From NCBI GenBank assembly GCA_965603825.1, contig CBFDEM010000053.1, positions 1,450,879 through 1,514,878 of the forward strand: DNA of 64,000 nt, in the 5' to 3' direction. Position 1 is the stretch's first letter, and each line of letters opens with the position of its first letter. Shown here in pieces: positions 60,372-64,000 of this stretch. The DNA comes from Blepharisma stoltei ATCC 30299. Taxonomy: Eukaryota; Protista; Ciliophora. The notes beneath the pieces are model-generated. The model made no database searches, was not told where the DNA came from, and saw only the letters and a program-made list of their open reading frames with translations. The position numbers were made by a program, and so were the translations under genes.

Positions 60372-63300
60372 TGTTAGGGTGTTAGGGTGTTAGGGTGTTA
60401 GGGTGTTAGGGTGTTAGGGTGTTAGGGTGTTAGGGTGTTAGGGTGTTAGGGTGTTAGGGTGTTAGGGTGTTAGGGTGTTAGGGTGTTAGGGTGTTAGGGT
60501 GTTAGGGTGTTAGGGTGTTAGGGTGTTAGGGTGTTAGGGTGTTAGGGTGTTAGGGTGTTAGGGTGTTAGGGTGTTAGGGTGTTAGGGTGTTAGGGTGTTA
60601 GGGTGTTAGGGTGTTAGGGTGTTAGGGTGTTAGGGTGTTAGGGTGTTAGGGTGTTAGGGTGTTAGGGTGTTAGGGTGTTAGGGTGTTAGGGTGTTAGGGT
60701 GTTAGGGTGTTAGGGTGTTAGGGTGTTAGGGTGTTAGGGTGTTAGGGTGTTAGGGTGTTAGGGTGTTAGGGTGTTAGGGTGTTAGGGTGTTAGGGTGTTA
60801 GGGTGTTAGGGTGTTAGGGTGTTAGGGTGTTAGGGTGTTAGGGTGTTAGGGTGTTAGGGTGTTAGGGTGTTAGGGTGTTAGGGTGTTAGGGTGTTAGGGT
60901 GTTAGGGTGTTAGGGTGTTAGGGTGTTAGGGTGTTAGGGTGTTAGGGTGTTAGGGTGTTAGGGTGTTAGGGTGTTAGGGTGTTAGGGTGTTAGGGTGTTA
61001 GGGTGTTAGGGTGTTAGGGTGTTAGGGTGTTAGGGTGTTAGGGTGTTAGGGTGTTAGGGTGTTAGGGTGTTAGGGTGTTAGGGTGTTAGGGTGTTAGGGT
61101 GTTAGGGTGTTAGGGTGTTAGGGTGTTAGGGTGTTAGGGTGTTAGGGTGTTAGGGTGTTAGGGTGTTAGGGTGTTAGGGTGTTAGGGTGTTAGGGTGTTA
61201 GGGTGTTAGGGTGTTAGGGTGTTAGGGTGTTAGGGTGTTAGGGTGTTAGGGTGTTAGGGTGTTAGGGTGTTAGGGTGTTAGGGTGTTAGGGTGTTAGGGT
61301 GTTAGGGTGTTAGGGTGTTAGGGTGTTAGGGTGTTAGGGTGTTAGGGTGTTAGGGTGTTAGGGTGTTAGGGTGTTAGGGTGTTAGGGTGTTAGGGTGTTA
61401 GGGTGTTAGGGTGTTAGGGTGTTAGGGTGTTAGGGTGTTAGGGTGTTAGGGTGTTAGGGTGTTAGGGTGTTAGGGTGTTAGGGTGTTAGGGTGTTAGGGT
61501 GTTAGGGTGTTAGGGTGTTAGGGTGTTAGGGTGTTAGGGTGTTAGGGTGTTAGGGTGTTAGGGTGTTAGGGTGTTAGGGTGTTAGGGTGTTAGGGTGTTA
61601 GGGTGTTAGGGTGTTAGGGTGTTAGGGTGTTAGGGTGTTAGGGTGTTAGGGTGTTAGGGTGTTAGGGTGTTAGGGTGTTAGGGTGTTAGGGTGTTAGGGT
61701 GTTAGGGTGTTAGGGTGTTAGGGTGTTAGGGTGTTAGGGTGTTAGGGTGTTAGGGTGTTAGGGTGTTAGGGTGTTAGGGTGTTAGGGTGTTAGGGTGTTA
61801 GGGTGTTAGGGTGTTAGGGTGTTAGGGTGTTAGGGTGTTAGGGTGTTAGGGTGTTAGGGTGTTAGGGTGTTAGGGTGTTAGGGTGTTAGGGTGTTAGGGT
61901 GTTAGGGTGTTAGGGTGTTAGGGTGTTAGGGTGTTAGGGTGTTAGGGTGTTAGGGTGTTAGGGTGTTAGGGTGTTAGGGTGTTAGGGTGTTAGGGTGTTA
62001 GGGTGTTAGGGTGTTAGGGTGTTAGGGTGTTAGGGTGTTAGGGTGTTAGGGTGTTAGGGTGTTAGGGTGTTAGGGTGTTAGGGTGTTAGGGTGTTAGGGT
62101 GTTAGGGTGTTAGGGTGTTAGGGTGTTAGGGTGTTAGGGTGTTAGGGTGTTAGGGTGTTAGGGTGTTAGGGTGTTAGGGTGTTAGGGTGTTAGGGTGTTA
62201 GGGTGTTAGGGTGTTAGGGTGTTAGGGTGTTAGGGTGTTAGGGTGTTAGGGTGTTAGGGTGTTAGGGTGTTAGGGTGTTAGGGTGTTAGGGTGTTAGGGT
62301 GTTAGGGTGTTAGGGTGTTAGGGTGTTAGGGTGTTAGGGTGTTAGGGTGTTAGGGTGTTAGGGTGTTAGGGTGTTAGGGTGTTAGGGTGTTAGGGTGTTA
62401 GGGTGTTAGGGTGTTAGGGTGTTAGGGTGTTAGGGTGTTAGGGTGTTAGGGTGTTAGGGTGTTAGGGTGTTAGGGTGTTAGGGTGTTAGGGTGTTAGGGT
62501 GTTAGGGTGTTAGGGTGTTAGGGTGTTAGGGTGTTAGGGTGTTAGGGTGTTAGGGTGTTAGGGTGTTAGGGTGTTAGGGTGTTAGGGTGTTAGGGTGTTA
62601 GGGTGTTAGGGTGTTAGGGTGTTAGGGTGTTAGGGTGTTAGGGTGTTAGGGTGTTAGGGTGTTAGGGTGTTAGGGTGTTAGGGTGTTAGGGTGTTAGGGT
62701 GTTAGGGTGTTAGGGTGTTAGGGTGTTAGGGTGTTAGGGTGTTAGGGTGTTAGGGTGTTAGGGTGTTAGGGTGTTAGGGTGTTAGGGTGTTAGGGTGTTA
62801 GGGTGTTAGGGTGTTAGGGTGTTAGGGTGTTAGGGTGTTAGGGTGTTAGGGTGTTAGGGTGTTAGGGTGTTAGGGTGTTAGGGTGTTAGGGTGTTAGGGT
62901 GTTAGGGTGTTAGGGTGTTAGGGTGTTAGGGTGTTAGGGTGTTAGGGTGTTAGGGTGTTAGGGTGTTAGGGTGTTAGGGTGTTAGGGTGTTAGGGTGTTA
63001 GGGTGTTAGGGTGTTAGGGTGTTAGGGTGTTAGGGTGTTAGGGTGTTAGGGTGTTAGGGTGTTAGGGTGTTAGGGTGTTAGGGTGTTAGGGTGTTAGGGT
63101 GTTAGGGTGTTAGGGTGTTAGGGTGTTAGGGTGTTAGGGTGTTAGGGTGTTAGGGTGTTAGGGTGTTAGGGTGTTAGGGTGTTAGGGTGTTAGGGTGTTA
63201 GGGTGTTAGGGTGTTAGGGTGTTAGGGTGTTAGGGTGTTAGGGTGTTAGGGTGTTAGGGTGTTAGGGTGTTAGGGTGTTAGGGTGTTAGGGTGTTAGGGT

Positions 63301-64000
63301 GTTAGGGTGTTAGGGTGTTAGGGTGTTAGGGTGTTAGGGTGTTAGGGTGTTAGGGTGTTAGGGTGTTAGGGTGTTAGGGTGTTAGGGTGTTAGGGTGTTA
63401 GGGTGTTAGGGTGTTAGGGTGTTAGGGTGTTAGGGTGTTAGGGTGTTAGGGTGTTAGGGTGTTAGGGTGTTAGGGTGTTAGGGTGTTAGGGTGTTAGGGT
63501 GTTAGGGTGTTAGGGTGTTAGGGTGTTAGGGTGTTAGGGTGTTAGGGTGTGGTAGGGTGTTAGGGTGTTAGGGTGTTAGGGTGTTAGGGTGTTAGGGTGT
63601 TAGGGTGTTAGGGTGTTAGGGTGTTAGGGTGTTAGGGTGTTAGGGTGTTAGGGTGTTAGGGGGGTGTTAGGGGTTAGGGTGTTAGGGTGTTAGGGTGTTA
63701 GGGTGTTAGGGTGTTAGGGTGTTAGGGGTTAGGGTGTTAGGGTGTTAGGGTGTTAGGGTGTTAGGGGTAGGGTGTTAGGGTGTTAGGGTGTTAGGGTGTT
63801 AGGGGTGTAGGGTGTTAGGGTGTTAGGGGTGTTAGGGTGTTAGGGTGTTAGGGTGTTAGGGTGTTAGGGTGTTAGGGTGTTAGGGTGTTAGGGTGTTAGG
63901 GTGTTAGGGTGTTAGGGTGTTAGGGTTTAGGGTGTTAGGGTGTTAGGGTGTTAGGGTGTTAGGGTGTTAGGGTGTTAGGGTGTTAGGGTGTTAGGGTGTT
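60372..64000 (+). repeat. Telomeric array (TGTTAGGG)n = (CCCTAACA)n, ~450 units
   Basis: Perfect 8-mer repeat to ~63550, then occasional variants; G-rich strand runs 5'->3' toward the end. Confidence 0.99.

Noticed and set aside
60372-64000. CRISPR array or satellite
   Set aside because: No spacers; it is the heterotrich telomere repeat in terminal orientation
1-64000. Stentor, or a Paramecium/Tetrahymena-type code
   Set aside because: Stentor shares the telomere and tiny introns but uses the standard code; TAA/TAG here are stops, not Gln

Overview
End of a somatic (macronuclear) chromosome of a heterotrich ciliate, most likely Blepharisma. Three independent signatures support this: (1) a TGTTAGGG/CCCTAACA telomeric array from ~60372 to the window end; (2) UGA read as Trp, shown by TGA at conserved Trp positions and TGA/TGG alternation between paralogs, while TAA/TAG are the stops; (3) 15-16 nt GT..AG introns. 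The supplied standard-code ORF track therefore fragments many genes. Re-read with UGA=Trp and tiny introns, the window holds about 40 tightly packed genes. These include housekeeping genes (Snf7, PMCA, RPL24, MetAP2, TyrRS, MsrB, small Tim, BRCC36) and ciliary/basal-body genes (ODA-DC2-like, SAS-4, CEP85-like, FAP85-like). There is also a four-copy tandem array of small secreted lectin-like proteins, one copy frameshifted. A co-oriented subtelomeric cGMP/Ca2+ cluster contains PKG, CDPK, a second PKG and a ~2100-aa P4-ATPase-guanylate cyclase fusion. Other notable items are a perfect 23-bp GC-rich TA-bounded hairpin at 30134-30185, a 53-aa PNRC/Edc1-like microprotein missing from the ORF track, and divergent gene pairs whose start codons are only 10 and 22 nt apart. 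All protein family calls are from motif recognition only; no searches were run.
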